Part shown: one piece after another, positions 38,792 through 51,753 of the stretch
How the letters are laid out: the number at the start of each line of letters is the position of its first letter
Position numbering within the stretch: the stretch's first letter is position 1
DNA from: Malacoraja senta
Lineage: Eukaryota
Reading direction: 5' to 3'
Length of the DNA stretch: 64,000 bases
Assembly: GCA_038087875.1 (NCBI GenBank)
Contig: CM075990.1
Location: 5,954,001-6,018,000, forward strand
The notes under the pieces: generated by a model
Databases searched by the model: none
What the model was told of the DNA's origin: nothing
What the model saw: the letters and a program-made list of their open reading frames with translations, nothing else
Made by a program: the position numbers and the translations under genes

Positions 38792-39411
38792 CTGACAAAA
38801 TAAAAGGAAACATTGCAGTGATTGTTCTTTCAGTGAGCTACACCTACCTCTGTATCTTCCAAAAACTAAAGTTTTTGGTTCAGGTACATGTTTGTACGTT
38901 CTCCCCGTGACTTGCGTGGGTTTTCTCAGAGAACTTCGGTTTCCTCTCACACACTCCAAAGACGACAGGTTTGTAGGTTAATTGTCTTGGTAGAAAAACA
39001 ATGTCAAAATTGTCCCTAATGTAGGATAGTGTTAAAGTTCGGGGATCATAGGTTGGTGGAGACGCAGTGGGCCGAATGGCCTATAATTAGCGAGGAGGTA
39101 CAGAATTATGACATAAATGGAATTCTCTCCTTCAGTCTCGACCCGAAAACGTCACCCATTCCTTCTCTCCAGAGATGCTGCCTGTCCCGCTGAGTTACTC
39201 CAGCTTTTCGTGTCTATCCTCTCTACTTAACAGCAAGGAAGGCAGCAAAAAGGAAATCTAGGAGCTCTGGTGAAATTACCACATCAGTCCCCACCTAGGA
39301 ACAGTTCTTCCGCTATTTAAGCATACGAAACTAAAGTGACTTCCACAAAAACAGAGCAATAAAATGCAGGCATTTTGCAAAACCGCTATCACTAATGAGA
39401 GGTGTGCTGAC

Positions 39412-39500
39412 CTTCTTTTGTTCAGGCTGTTCAAGTGCAAGGAAACAGGCTTTAGAGGTAAATTCTCTCAGTTCTTCTCGCCACGCTTCCGACAATGGTG
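39412..39500 (-). CDS. TBATA: TBATA coding exon 3 ((A)PLSEAWREELREFTSKACFLALEQPEQKK)
   Basis: Acceptor tttatttcag|, donor AAG|gtcagc, 89 bp. Matches SEAWKKELKELASRV. Confidence 0.9.
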
Positions 39501-40629
39501 CTGAAATAAAAAATGTTTTTCTTCTCAGATTGATAAACAACATGAAATAATACCTAATACCTTTATGCCAAATAATGTCTTATTATAGTGAAGTACCATT
39601 CATCCATTCATTCATAATGCCTAAATAAATAATGTCCGGCATGCTTCAATATTAAAGTTTTTTGCAAAAATTTGAAAAATATCGATAGAAGTTGATAATT
39701 TGAAGGAATACTTTGATCGTCAAGGTATGTTTAAAAGTGGGGACACAGGAATCTGAAGATGTTGGAATCTTTCTTTTAGAGTCTGAAGAAGGGTCGTAAC
39801 TGAGACGTCATCTGTCCATTCCCTCCATAGATGTTGCCTGATCCACCAAGTTCCTCCAGCATGTTGCTTTTTGTTATGTTTTAAAGGTACATTTCTAAAT
39901 ATCTAATTAACAGACATTGGGGGATAATCTTGAGCTGATACAAATATTCTCCATTCTCTGAAAATGCTCTAGCAGAACACCAGTATTAAATAGCTGGAGA
40001 AAAGCAAATTGAAAGCTAGCTTCCCTGGAGATATATGGGCATATAGTGACAGCTTGAATTTATAGCATCATTCACATGTCAAATTATTTTGCAAGGATGT
40101 CTCCAAACAGAATCTGATACTGCACCTCAGCATTTTATTGAGTGACCAAATGAAATGTCTATGGGGCTAGGGACTGTTTGAAAGAATGGGGGGTGGGGGA
40201 TGCTTATCATAGAATGGTTGCAGCACAAGAGGAAATCATTCGGCCCATCATGTCCATCAAACTAACTCTTCAATTCCTCATACTGGCCTTTATGGTCTTC
40301 CAATTTTTTTCTTCTCCAGTGATATATCCAATTCTCTTTTGAACGTTATCTGTCTCTACCACATCTCCAGGCAGTGTGATTCAATTTCCTACAGCATGAT
40401 ACACCACTCTTAATTCTCTCCATTTTATGTTAAACGTATAACCTCTTGTCTTCGACTTCTCTGCCAAAGAAATCAGTCAACCTCCATCCACTCTGTCCGG
40501 ACCCTTATCATTTTATACACTTCTATCAAATTTCTGGCTGCCTTTTCTTCAAAGAAAACCGTCCTTGCTTCTCTGTTCTATGTTTCTAACATGTTCCTGT
40601 GCTGTATTTTTCTATGTTCTAAATCCATC

Positions 40630-41070
40630 AACATTTAACATCAGGAGCTCGCAGTCTCGGGTAAGAGACCGATGTCGGGAGCTCCAAAAGCCGCACGACG
40701 TTCGACAAGCCGCGACCCGGGGTAGATCGCCCGGCGCGGGGAGCTGACATCCCCCCGATGCAGGAGATTGATCGCCCCAATGAGGAGGCCCGCCGCCGGC
40801 TGCAGGAGTAAGATCGTCCCTTTAACGGAAGGTTAGAGGCCCCTGACCGCTGGAGGACAAACAAAGGAAGAGATTAAACTTTTTATTCCCTTCCATCACA
40901 GTGAGGAATGTGGAGGAGTCACTGTGGTGGATGTTCATGTTAAAATATATTTGGTGTGTTCTGTTGTGTTCTGTTTTTATTTGTATGACTGTATGGCAAA
41001 TCAAATTCCTCGTATATTGCAAAACATACTTGGCTAATAAAGTATGATTATTATGATTATGATTATGATT
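40630..41070 (+). mobile_element. Non-LTR 3'UTR fragment (GC-rich body, aataaa plus (ATGATT)n tail), probably Rex1-associated
   Basis: CpG-rich body and a tail of the style caaatcaaattcctcgtat..ggctaataaagtatgattattatgatt. Confidence 0.5.
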
Positions 41071-41764
41071 AACTCTCGTAGATCTCCTTGCACCTGTGAC
41101 AAGATCCAATCCACAAAAGGCATATAAAAAGTCTTTTTTTTTCCAAATTTTATTTCAGTCCTTTCAGGCTCTCATTAAGTTCTTTGTTCATAAGTTCATA
41201 AGTCATCGGAGCAGAATTAGGCTATTCGGCCCATTGATCCTGCTCCGCCATTCAATCATGGTTGATTGATCTCTCCCTCTCAACCCCATTCTTGTGCCTT
41301 CTCCCTGCAACCATTGACATCCTTCCTAATCAATAACCTGCCATTCTCTACTTTCACAATATCGTTATCCCGTCACCGTTGCTGGGTCAAAGTCCTGCAA
41401 CCCCCTCCCTGTCAGAACCGTGGGTCTTTCCGCGCCTCAAGGACCGTGGTGGTCCAAGAAGGCAGCTCCCCGCAACAACCACCCTGAGGACAAATGGGGA
41501 GGGGTGGTTAAACTGATGATAGACACAAAAAGCTGGTGTAACTCAGCGGGACGGGCATCATCTCTGGAGAGAAGGAATGGGTGACGTTTCTTAATGCTGG
41601 CACAGCCTGAGAATTCCACATCCCTTCGATGGATTAAAAAACAGGAAGGAAACTTTAGATTTAGAAGATTAAGGAAATTAAATTTACACAGCATGGAACC
41701 AGGCCATGCCTTGTTGTCATTGTTGTCGCCCAGTATGCATTAAAATAACACTAATGAAACATAC

Positions 41765-41944
41765 CTAGAGTGGGCTTTGGGATATTTCCATCACCAAAGG
41801 CATTACATTGGAAAATACTGATGGGCAGTCCAAGTCTTCCCATGATTGTAGTTGGAAATTGGCTCTTTATCAATGGATGTGGAGAAAGAGGAGTGTTGCC
41901 ATGCCAGTCGTCATTTACTGTGCAAACAGGCATCCCATTGAGTC
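41765..41944 (-). CDS. TBATA: TBATA coding exon 2 ((G)LNGMPVCTVNDDWHG...IPKPTL)
   Basis: Acceptor cttttcacag|, donor G|gtatgt, 180 bp, phase 1-1. Continues the motif (human DLTGKPVCVV). Confidence 0.9.
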
Positions 41945-42827
41945 CTGTGAAAAGAAAAGATTTGAAAAGGGCACATCCAATTTTTTAATTGTATTTACTG
42001 CTGCTGGGTTTGGAGATATGGGATGCAATTCTTTGGCCCAACGATGAGCAATAATGTCTCACATGTAAACATTGACATCAACATTTTTAACTCAAACTTT
42101 TAAATTCAAAATTAAATTGGACAAAGAAACTGACTGGGAAATTGGCATAATTCTATTTCAGTAGAAATAATTAGTAGAGGATCTCTCCATCAAAGGCTTC
42201 TGAATGACAATTTCAGGTGGTCATAAAAGTGGGATTTGGTCAAATTTGATATTTTTTCACTCACTCCCATAGAGATACTGGGCAAGATCATGTTGATGGC
42301 AAATCAGCAGTTCTGTAGAGAATAGATGGCTTCTCACTAAATCTATGACATTTTGTAGAACAAGGAACTGCAGGTGCTGGTTTACAAAAAAAACACAGTG
42401 CTGGAGTAATTCAGCAGGTCAGGCAGCATCTCTGGAGAACATGAATAGGTGATGTTTTTGGTCCGGACTTTCTTTCAGACTGATTGTGTGTGGGGAACAA
42501 AGCTAGAAGAGAGGAGGGACAGGACAAAGCCAATTAGCTAATAGGTGGATCTCAATAGGTAGATGGTAGACAAAGGCCAGAGATGAAAAGACAAAAGGTG
42601 GCAGACAAAAGGTTTGAAGAGTTGCAATTTGTGAAATTAGAGGAAACATAGAAAGATAGAAAATAGGTGCAGGAGGAGGTCATTCGGCCCTTCGAGCCAG
42701 CACCGCCATTCATTGTGATCATGGCTGATCGTCCCCAATCAATAACCCGTGCCTGCCTTCTCCCCATATCCCTTGATTACACCAGCCCTTAGAGCTCTAT
42801 CTAACTCTCTCTTAAATCCATCCAGTG

Positions 42828-43378
42828 CCGTGGATCAGGGGGCCATTCAAGAGGGGGGAGTTAGAAGAAATGCCGTGGTGATAGGGGATAGTATTATTCG
42901 GGGGGTAGATAAGGTTCTCTGCGGCCAGCAGAACATGTCCCGAAGGCTGTGTTGCCTACCCGGTGCTAGGGTTAAGGATATCTCTGCGATGCTGGAGAGA
43001 AATTTGCAGAGTGAGGGGGAGGATCCAGTGGTCGTGGTCCATGTGGGGACCAATGACATAGGAAGGACGAGGAAGGAGGATCTGCTGAACGAGTTTGAGC
43101 AGTTAGGGAATAAATTAAAAAGCAGAACCTCGAGGGTACTGATCTCCGGATTGCTACCTGAGCCACGGGCCAAATCGGCGAGGGTACGAAAAATTAAAAA
43201 GCTGAATGCGTGGCTCAAAGACTGGTGTGGGAAAAATGGGTTTGGTTTCTTGGGCCACTGGCACCAGTACTGGGACAGGGGTGATCTGTTCTGTAAGGAC
43301 GGACTTCACCTGAACGGTGCTGGGACTGGGGTCCTGGCAAATCATATAACTAGGGCAGTAGAGAGGTCTTTAAACTAA
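42828..43378 (+). CDS. CR1 ORF1 C-terminal SGNH/GDSL esterase domain (5'-truncated)
   Basis: Blocks VIGDS, LPGA, HVGTND and DGLHLN are all present. Confidence 0.9.
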
Positions 43379-43467
43379 GTAGCGGGGGGGAGGTATCAAG
43401 GGGGGTAATAACGGCAGGGGTAGAGGAAATAGAGCAGGGTATCAGTGGGGAAACGGAAAATCAAAAT

Positions 43468-46352
43468 GTGACAGGAGGATCCAGAATGTGTGAAGATAAA
43501 GCTCTAGATGTAAAAGGGGCAAAAACAGAAAGGAAGGGTAGTAAAAATCATCTGAAAGTGCTGTATCTAAATGCACGGAGTATTCGAAATAAGATAAATG
43601 AATTAACGGTGCAATTAAGTACATATAGTTATGATATCGTGGCCATTACGGAGACATGGCTGCAAGGGGATCAGGATTGGGAGTTAAATATAGAGGGGTA
43701 CTCGACAATTAGAAAAGATAGACAGGAAAGAAAGGGAGGAGGGGTGGCCCTTTTAATAAGGGAGGGAATAACGGCAATAGAGAGGAAGGATATTGCGTTG
43801 AAGGATCAGGATAGTGAAACAGCTTGGGTACAGATAGAGAATAACAAGGGGAAAAAAACACTAGTGGGTGTAATTTATAGACCTCCAAATAGCTGTGACG
43901 CTGTTAGTCAGAACATAAATCTGCAAATAGTTGACGCATGTAAAAAGGGAACTGCTGTAATCATGGGGGACTTCAATTTTCATATTAATTGGGCAAACCA
44001 AACTGGGCAGGGTAGACTAGAGGAAGAGTTTATAGAATGTATTAGAGACGGGTTCCTAGAACAGTATGTCACAGAACCGACAAGGAGGGAGGCAATCTTG
44101 GATCTGGTCCTGTGTAATGAAGCAGGATTAATTAAAAATGTCATAGTTAGGGACTCGTTGGGAACAAGTGACCACAATATGGTCGAATTCCATATTCAAA
44201 TAGAAGGGGAGCAGGTTGAAACTCAGGCTAGGGTACTTAGTCTAAATAAGGGGGATTATGAAGGTATGAGGACTGAGCTGATCAAAGTTGACTGGGATAG
44301 CAGACTCAAGAATAAGACGGTACATGAGCAGTGGTGTACGTTTAAGGATCTACTGTATAACCTTCAAGAAAAATTTATTCCTATGAAGAAAAAAAGGGGT
44401 AAGGGAAAGAACAGTCAGCCATGGCTCAGTAAAACTAGAAAGGATAGTATTCGGCTGAAGGCAAGGGCATATAAGGTAGCTAGAGATAGTGGGAGGGTAG
44501 AGGATTGGGAAGCATTTAAAGGTCAGCAAAAAATAACTAAGAGATTAATTAAGACGGGGAAAATAGACTATGAAAGGAATTTAGCGAACAACATAAAAAC
44601 TAATAGTAAGAGTTTTTATAGCTATATAAAAAGAAAAAGGGTGGCTAAGGTGAACGTTGGTCCATTGGAGGGTGAGACTGGAGAGTTGTTGGTGGGGAAC
44701 ATGGAAATGGCAAAGGCATTAAACGAGTATTTTGTATCAGTCTTCACCATAGAAGACACAAAAAATATTCCAACGCTGGATAAACAGGGGGCGGTAGGAA
44801 TGGAGGAGCTAAATACTATTAAGATCACCAAGGAGGTGGTATTAGGGAAATTAATGAGACTGAAGGAGGATAAATCCCCTGGGCTTGATGGATTACATCC
44901 AAGGGTCTTGAGGGAGATAGCGGTGGGGATTGTGGATGCATTGGTGATAATTTTCCAAAACTCCCTGGAGGCAGGAACGGTCCCAGTGGATTGGAAAATG
45001 GCCAATGTAACACCTATATTTAAAAAAGGAAGTAAACAGAAGGCGGGTAACTATATCTAACATCGGTGGTGGGTAAAATGTTAGAGACAATTATTAAAGA
45101 AACACTAACGGGGCACTTGGATAAACATGACTTCATCGGACAGAACCAGCATGGTTTTGTGAAGGGGAAGTCCTGTTTAACGAATCTGCTCGAATTCTTT
45201 GAGGAAGTAACAACCCGGGTGGATAAAGGGGAACCGGTGGATGTGGTATACTTGGACTTCCAAAAGGCTTTTGACAAGGTGCCACATAAGAGACTATTGC
45301 TAAAAATAAAAAATTATGGGATTGGGGGTAATATATTAGCATGGGTAGAGGATTGGCTAACAAATAGGAAGCAGAGAGTGGGGATAAATGGTTCATACTC
45401 GGGATGGCAACCGGTAACTAGCGGGGTTCCGCAAGGGTCGGTGCTGGGACCCCAGTTGTTCACAATTTATATAAATGATTTGGAGGAGGGAACCAAGTGT
45501 AATATATCAAAATTTGCGGACGATACAAAAATGGGAGGAAAAGTAGGGGATGAGGAGGATAGGAAGAGTCTGCAAAAGGATATAGATAAGCTAGGTGAGT
45601 GGGCAACAACTTGGCAGATGAAATTTAATACTAATAAATGTGAAGTCATTCACTTTGGGAAAAAAAATGATAGGGCAAGTTATTTTCTAAATGAGGTGGA
45701 GCTGCGTTGTAATGCAACGCAAAGGGATCTAGGGGTAGTAGTACATGAATCACTAAAAGTTAGTATGCAGGTGCAGCAAGCAATCAGGGAGGCCAATGGA
45801 ATTTTGGCCTTTATTGCTAGGGGGATTGAGTATAAAAACACGGAGGTCTTGCTGCAGCTGTACACAGTATTAGTGAGACCACATTTGGAATACTGTGTAC
45901 AGTTCTGGGGTCCATACTTAAGAAAGGATGTACTGGCCCTGGAGGCAGTGCAGCGAAGGTTTACAAGATTAATTCCTGCAATGAGGGGATTGACATATGA
46001 GGAAAGGTTAAGTAGGCTGGAACTCTACTCTTTGGAGTTTAGAAGAATGAGAGGCGATCTCATTGAAACATATAAGATCGTGAGGGGCCTTGATCGGGTG
46101 GATGCACCGAGGATGTTCCCAATGATCGGGGAAACTAGAACTAGGGGACATAGTTGTAGAATAAGAGGGGGCTCTTTTAAAACTGAGATGAGGAAGAACT
46201 TCTTCACCCAGAGGGTGGTTAATTTATGGAATTCACTGCCCCAGGGAGCAGTGGAAGCAGAAACATTAAATATATTTAAGTCTAAAATAGATGGTTTTTT
46301 AGCTGCCAAGGGGATAAGGGGCTACGGGGAGAGGGCAGGGATATGGACCTAG
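43468..46352 (+). pseudogene. CR1 ORF2 (APE endonuclease plus reverse transcriptase), one frameshift near 45055
   Basis: YLNARS, ITETWL, MGDFN and SDHN (APE); [16 protein letters not shown] and FADD (RT). GNY[RPVS]LTS carries a deletion of about 10 nt. Confidence 0.93.
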
Positions 46353-48000
46353 GTATGGTTAGTATAGTAAGACCTGAGTGATCTCCTGGACAAGTGTCGA
46401 TCGCCTGGATTGGGGTCGGAGAGGAATTTCCCGGATTTTTTTCCCGAATTGGACCTGGGTTTTTATCCGTTTTTTTGCCTCCCCCAGGAGATCACGCGGT
46501 TCTTGGGGTGGAGAGGGGTGATAGCGATATAAAGGGGAGGGTAGTGTCTTGTGTTCTGTGTCTTGTGTCTACTGTTTGTGGGTAAGGGTGTCTGTTTAGT
46601 GTTCAGCCATGAGCGAATGGCGGTGCGGGCTCGATGGGCCTGGTGGTCTACTCTCGCACCTACTTTCTATGTTTCTATGTTTCTATTTGGCCTCCGCTGC
46701 CCTCTGGGGCAGGAAATTCCACACATTCACAACTCTCTGGGTGAAAAAGTTTCTTCTCACCTCAGTCTTAAATGGCCTCCCCTTTATTCTAAGACTGTGG
46801 CCCCTGGTTCTGGACTCGCCCAACATTGGGAACATTTTTCCTGCATCTAGCCTCTCCAGTTCTTTTATAATTTTATATGTTTCTATAAGATAACCCCTCA
46901 TCCTTCTAAACTCCAGTGAATACAAGCCTAGTCTTTTTAATCTTTCCTCATATGACAGTCCGGCCATCCCAGGGATCAATCTCGTGAACCTACGCTGCAC
47001 TGCCTCAATCACAAGAATATCCTTCCTCAAATTAGGAGACCAAAACTGTACACAATACTCCAGATGTGGTCTTACCAGAGCCATATACAACTGCAGAAGA
47101 ACCTCTCTACTCCTGTACTGAAATGTTCTTGTTATGAAGGCCAACATTCCATTAGCTTTCTTCACTGCCTGCTGTACCTGCATGCCAACTTTCAGTGACC
47201 GGTGTACAAGGACACACAGGTCTCGCTGTACCTCCCCCTTACCTAACCTAACCCCATTGAGATAATAATCTGCCCCCCTGTTTTTGCCTCAAAATTTGGA
47301 TAACCTCACATTTATCTATATTATACTGCATCTGCCACGCATCTGCCCACTCACTCAACCTGTCCAAGTCACCCTGCAACCTCCTAACATCCTCTTCACA
47401 GTTCACACTGCTACCCAGCTTTGTGTCATCCACAAACTTGCTAGTGTTGCTCCTAATTCCCTCTTCCAAATCATTAATATATATGGTAAACAGTTGTGGC
47501 CCCAACACCGAGCCTTGCGGCACTCCACTCGCCACTGCCTGCCATTCTGAAAAGGACCCGTTCACTCCTACTCTTTGCTTCCTATCTACCAACCGATTTT
47601 GTCTGTCTGCCTGTTTTCCTGTCTGCCAACCAAACAAAAAACAGAGGAAGTAATGTAGGTGGAAGGAGATATTTCGGGTTGAGACCTTTCATCAGACTGA
47701 GAGTCAGGGAGGGGAACACTAGAGGTATGGGAAGGTACAGAACCAGGTTTTGTACATGCATGTTCTCCAGAGATGCTGCCTGTCCCACTGAGTTACTCCA
47801 GAAACTTGTGTCTTTTTGAGGGCATTCTGTAATGTGCTGAATGTCCTTAAATTCTAATTACCATTATTTTTTAAAATTAATGTGAGTGTGATTTTAAAAT
47901 AATTATTTGTTTTAACTTTTGTGAACTTTTATTTAGATATATTTTGGCTTTCTAAATGTTTCTGGTCTGTTGGAAGGTCACCAGGGCAGTCCATGGGTCG

Positions 48001-48364
48001 ACACAAATGGCTGGAATAACTCAGCATCTCTGAAGAGATTTTGTTTTGGTGACGTTTCGGGTCGAGACCCTTATTCAGACTGAGAGTCAGGGGAGAGGCA
48101 GACACGGAGATGGTAAGGTGTGAAAATGAGACATCAAAAGAGATGTGGATCAAGGAAAATGCCGAATAAATCATTGTTAGCTCGGAGAAGGTGACAACAA
48201 AGCAAACAGAGATAAAATGTAATCAGGGACAGTCAGACTGGTCGGAGAACTGGGCAGGGGAAGGGATGGAGAGAGAGGGAAAGCAAGGATTACTTGAAGT
48301 TAGAGAAGTCAAAATTCATACTGCTGGGATGTAAGCTGCCCAAGCGAAATATGAGGTGCTGTTC
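48001..48364 (-). mobile_element. 5'-truncated Penelope-like element: GIY-YIG ORF C-terminus, 3'UTR and hammerhead-bearing end
   Basis: Minus strand encodes EQHLIFRLGSLHPSSMNFDFSNFK*, followed by gtCTGAATAagggtctcgacccGAAACGTC. Confidence 0.85.
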
Positions 48365-50365
48365 ATAAGTTCAGAAAGTCATAAGGGATACGAGTAGGAT
48401 TAGGCCATTTGGCCCATCAAGGGTCCTCCGCCATTCAATCATGGCTGATCTATCTCTCCCATCTAACGCCATTCTCCTGCCTTCTCCCCATAATCTCTGA
48501 CACTTGTACTAATCAAGAATCTATATATCTCTACCTTAAAAAATATCCACTGACTTGGCCTCCACAGCCTACTGTGGCAAATTGCATTGGGGCAAATTCC
48601 TCCAATTTGCCCTGGGCTGTGGGTGTCCGTGGGTGTGACTTTAGCTTCTGCTTTCTGTGGTTAAGTCACTGGTTGAGGACTGCTCTATCTTGGGGAATGA
48701 TTGCAGCTGTAAACTCAGCAGATATTGGAGGCCGTGCAGCTGCAAAACCTCATGCGACGGTGAACAACCATGATTGGTGGGAGATGTACGTAAAGCATGA
48801 GTGCGAGTGAGACTGCGCACACAGAAATAATCCCGATACCTTGAGGTCCATCTGACTTAGTATTTCAGAAGCATTCCAAGGAAGATGTAATATTCAATTT
48901 GTATATAATATTGCAGAGAAATTTGCAGGTTTATGTTTATGCATGAAATAAATTGGAGAGATATCAGATAATGTTTTTAAAGGGATTTCACTAAATCATA
49001 TTAAATCTCTGCTGGTAACTTATGAATAATTTTAGAATCATTTCCATTCCATGCACACCCTTAGGCTCTTAGATAGTCCCTGCTAATAGACAAGTGAATT
49101 GGCAATTAAGCCCGTAACATTTTGGAAATAATATTTCCATCATTCACCGTATATCACTCATACGATAAAATCTTATCACTGGACGACAGACTTAGCTCAA
49201 ATATTCTGCTGTTCATTTTTTTTGCTATTTCATAGAACATATAACAGTACAGCACGAGATCAGGCCCTTCGGCCCATAATATCTGTGCTGAATATGATGT
49301 CAAGACCAACTTTTATTTGCTTTCCCTGCATATCCATAGCCTAGAGACGTGAAAAGACACAAAGTGCTGGATTAACTCAGCAGGACAGGCAGCATCTCTG
49401 GAGAATGTGGATAGGAGACATTTTTTAGTTCAGACCCATCTTTAGACTGATTTTGGGTTGGAGGGGGGGAAAGAGAAAAATCTGGAAGAGAGACACAAGT
49501 AGCTGGAGTAACTCAGCAGGACAGGCAGCATCTCTGGAGAGAAGAAATGGGTGACGTTTCAGAAGGGTCTCGACCCGAAACGTCACACATTCCTCTCTCC
49601 AGAGATGCTGCCTGCCTTGCTGAGTTACTCCAGCTTTTTGCGTCTATCTTCGGTTTAAACCAGCATCTGCAGTTCCGTCCCACGGAATCTGGAAGAGCGA
49701 ATCGGCAGGATATGACAAATTGAATGTCTGCTTTCTAAATGTTTCTGATCTTTTAGAAGGCCATCAGGGTAGTACATGGGTGGGAGCCCAGCTTCGGGAT
49801 TCTGTAGTTGTCACCTCTTGAAGACTGCTCTATCTTGGGAATCGATTGCAACAGTAAACACAGCAGATATTGTGACTACAAAGCCCGTAACATTTTGGAA
49901 ATACTTAGATCTCCATCGTTCATCGTATATTACTTTAACGGTAAAATCTTAGCACTGAACTACAGACTCAGCTCAAATATTCAACTATTCATTCTTTTTG
50001 CCATTTCATTGAACCTGTAAAAGTAAAGCACGAGAACAGGCCTTTCGGCCCATTATATCTGTGCTGAATATGATACCAAGAACAACTGTTATCTGCCTAC
50101 AAATAATCCATATTCCTCTATTCACTGCGTATCCATTGCCTATTCAAGAGATGTGTAGGAAGGAACTGCAGATGCTGGTTTAAACCAAAGATAGACACAA
50201 AAAGCCAGAGTAACTCAGCAGGTCAGACATCTCTGGAGAAAGAGACTCTTACCTGACGCTATCGTACCTGCCTCCACCTCCATCCACAGCAGCGCGTGAC
50301 ACGGACTCACCACCATCGGTGTATAAACTTGCCCCGCACATCTCCTTTAAACTTAGCCCCTAACT

Positions 50366-50548
50366 GGCCCCACAGCAGAAGCGTCCACTTCGCGGGGCTG
50401 GAAACTGGAGCTAATTCTGCTGCCACCATCATCCATTGCGACAAGCGATGGCTTCCACTGATTGTCGCCGGAAGCTTGCGTCCTTTTCAGGACGGGCGAT
50501 GACAGCGAGGCCAACATTTGTAGCAAGATGGACTCGAAAAGAAGAAGA
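50366..50548 (+). mobile_element. Short retroposed insert with a (GAA)n tail and an 11-bp TSD, family unknown
   Basis: agcccctaact at 50355-50365 and 50549-50559. CpG-rich body inside an old CR1 fragment. Confidence 0.7.
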
Positions 50549-51482
50549 AGCCCCTAACTTCTTAAAGTTATGCCCTCCAGTATTTGGATCTTCCGTCCCA
50601 GGAAAAAGGTTCTGACTGTCTACCCTGCACTTCATTTACAGTTAAACAAGGTGTCAGAGAGTAATTGTGGGATTGCATGTCCAAAAACAACTCCTCACTG
50701 GTGTAGGACCTCCCTCAATCTAGGAAGGGGACTCACTTTGAAGAAAGCGCAATATAATTGCAGACATTGAACTGGGGAGGTGCGAGGAAATTACAGAAGC
50801 AGAAGGCAGGATGCTCGGAGTTGGTCAATCTATGTTTACACGCTCCCAATCCGCGTAGGAATCTGTTATGTGTTTCACACTTTTTATGACATCTTTTACG
50901 TTTGAATATGTATTCATGTTCAGAATGATCTAAATGAACCCAAGTATAAACCAGCTTGATGAACCAAGATGAAACGCAATCCATCCGCACCAACCAATAT
51001 CCAACATTTCAAAACAATAACTAATTAGAGCAATCTTAACAAACTCCTTGGCCACATCTCATTCATTTCTCATGTCTCTCGTGGCTCAATGGACACAATA
51101 AGCTTTTGTCTGTTTATATTCTCTGATTTTTGATAGGTACAAGTTATAACACCAACAAAGATGTTGAAGCATTTGTGTATACCAGATTAAAAAACATTTG
51201 AAAAGATCTGTAATAGTGTAATGATTGAAAATGGAATGGGATAAGAGATATTCCTACAAATTGGGAGCCAAATCTAATAGGTTTTCCTCTGTGCAATAAG
51301 AAATAAAATTTGATGTGGTAGTGAAGAGGAATATTCTGAAATCATATGAAATTATTCTGAATATGATGATTTATGGCGACATAACTATTTCTGGATCAGT
51401 GCAGTAAAGAAGGGAAAGTGCTTTGTTCAACCATATCTGCATGGTGAAAGAAGGCAAATAATTGATTACTAGAAGGTCTTAC

Positions 51483-51753
51483 CATTGATATGTGTTACTC
51501 GTTGAGGGTGAGGATTATGCCTTGAGAAAAAGGAGTGGTGGCTCAGCATTCCAAAGCGCATGCTGCTGTTTGATTGTGGCCTCTCAGCACCAAGACTGAA
51601 GCGTAGCAGTGAATTAAGAGGCATCGAGCCTGATTTCCTTGTCACCATAGGCTCTTGCTTGCTTTTGAATGGATCAAGGACTGGTTGACCTAATTTCTCC
51701 ATGGTTTCCTTCACTGATGTCTTCCCAATGCTTTCAGAAGGATATAGAGCCAT
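51483..51753 (-). CDS. TBATA: TBATA (SPATIAL) first coding exon (MALYPSES...RFGMLSHHSFFSRHNPHPQRVTHIN)
   Basis: Contains the SPATIAL-family motif FGxLSHHSFFSRHxPHPQxVTHI. In-frame TAA 5 codons upstream of the ATG, acceptor-like tcttcttcag at 51776, donor G|gtaaga. Confidence 0.92.

Larger units (their letters stand above)
42828..46684 (+). mobile_element. Young CR1 LINE, truncated within ORF1
   Basis: ORF1 SGNH domain, ORF2 APE plus RT, 3'UTR and (tttctatg)3 tail. Confidence 0.96.
42646..47600 (-). mobile_element. Older antisense CR1 (42646-42827 plus 46685-47600) split by a younger CR1
   Basis: The two halves rejoin as atccatccagtg/atttggcctcc. RT motifs [10 protein letters not shown] and SKFVDD, and VRPHLEYCVQFWSP on the minus strand. 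Confidence 0.9.
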
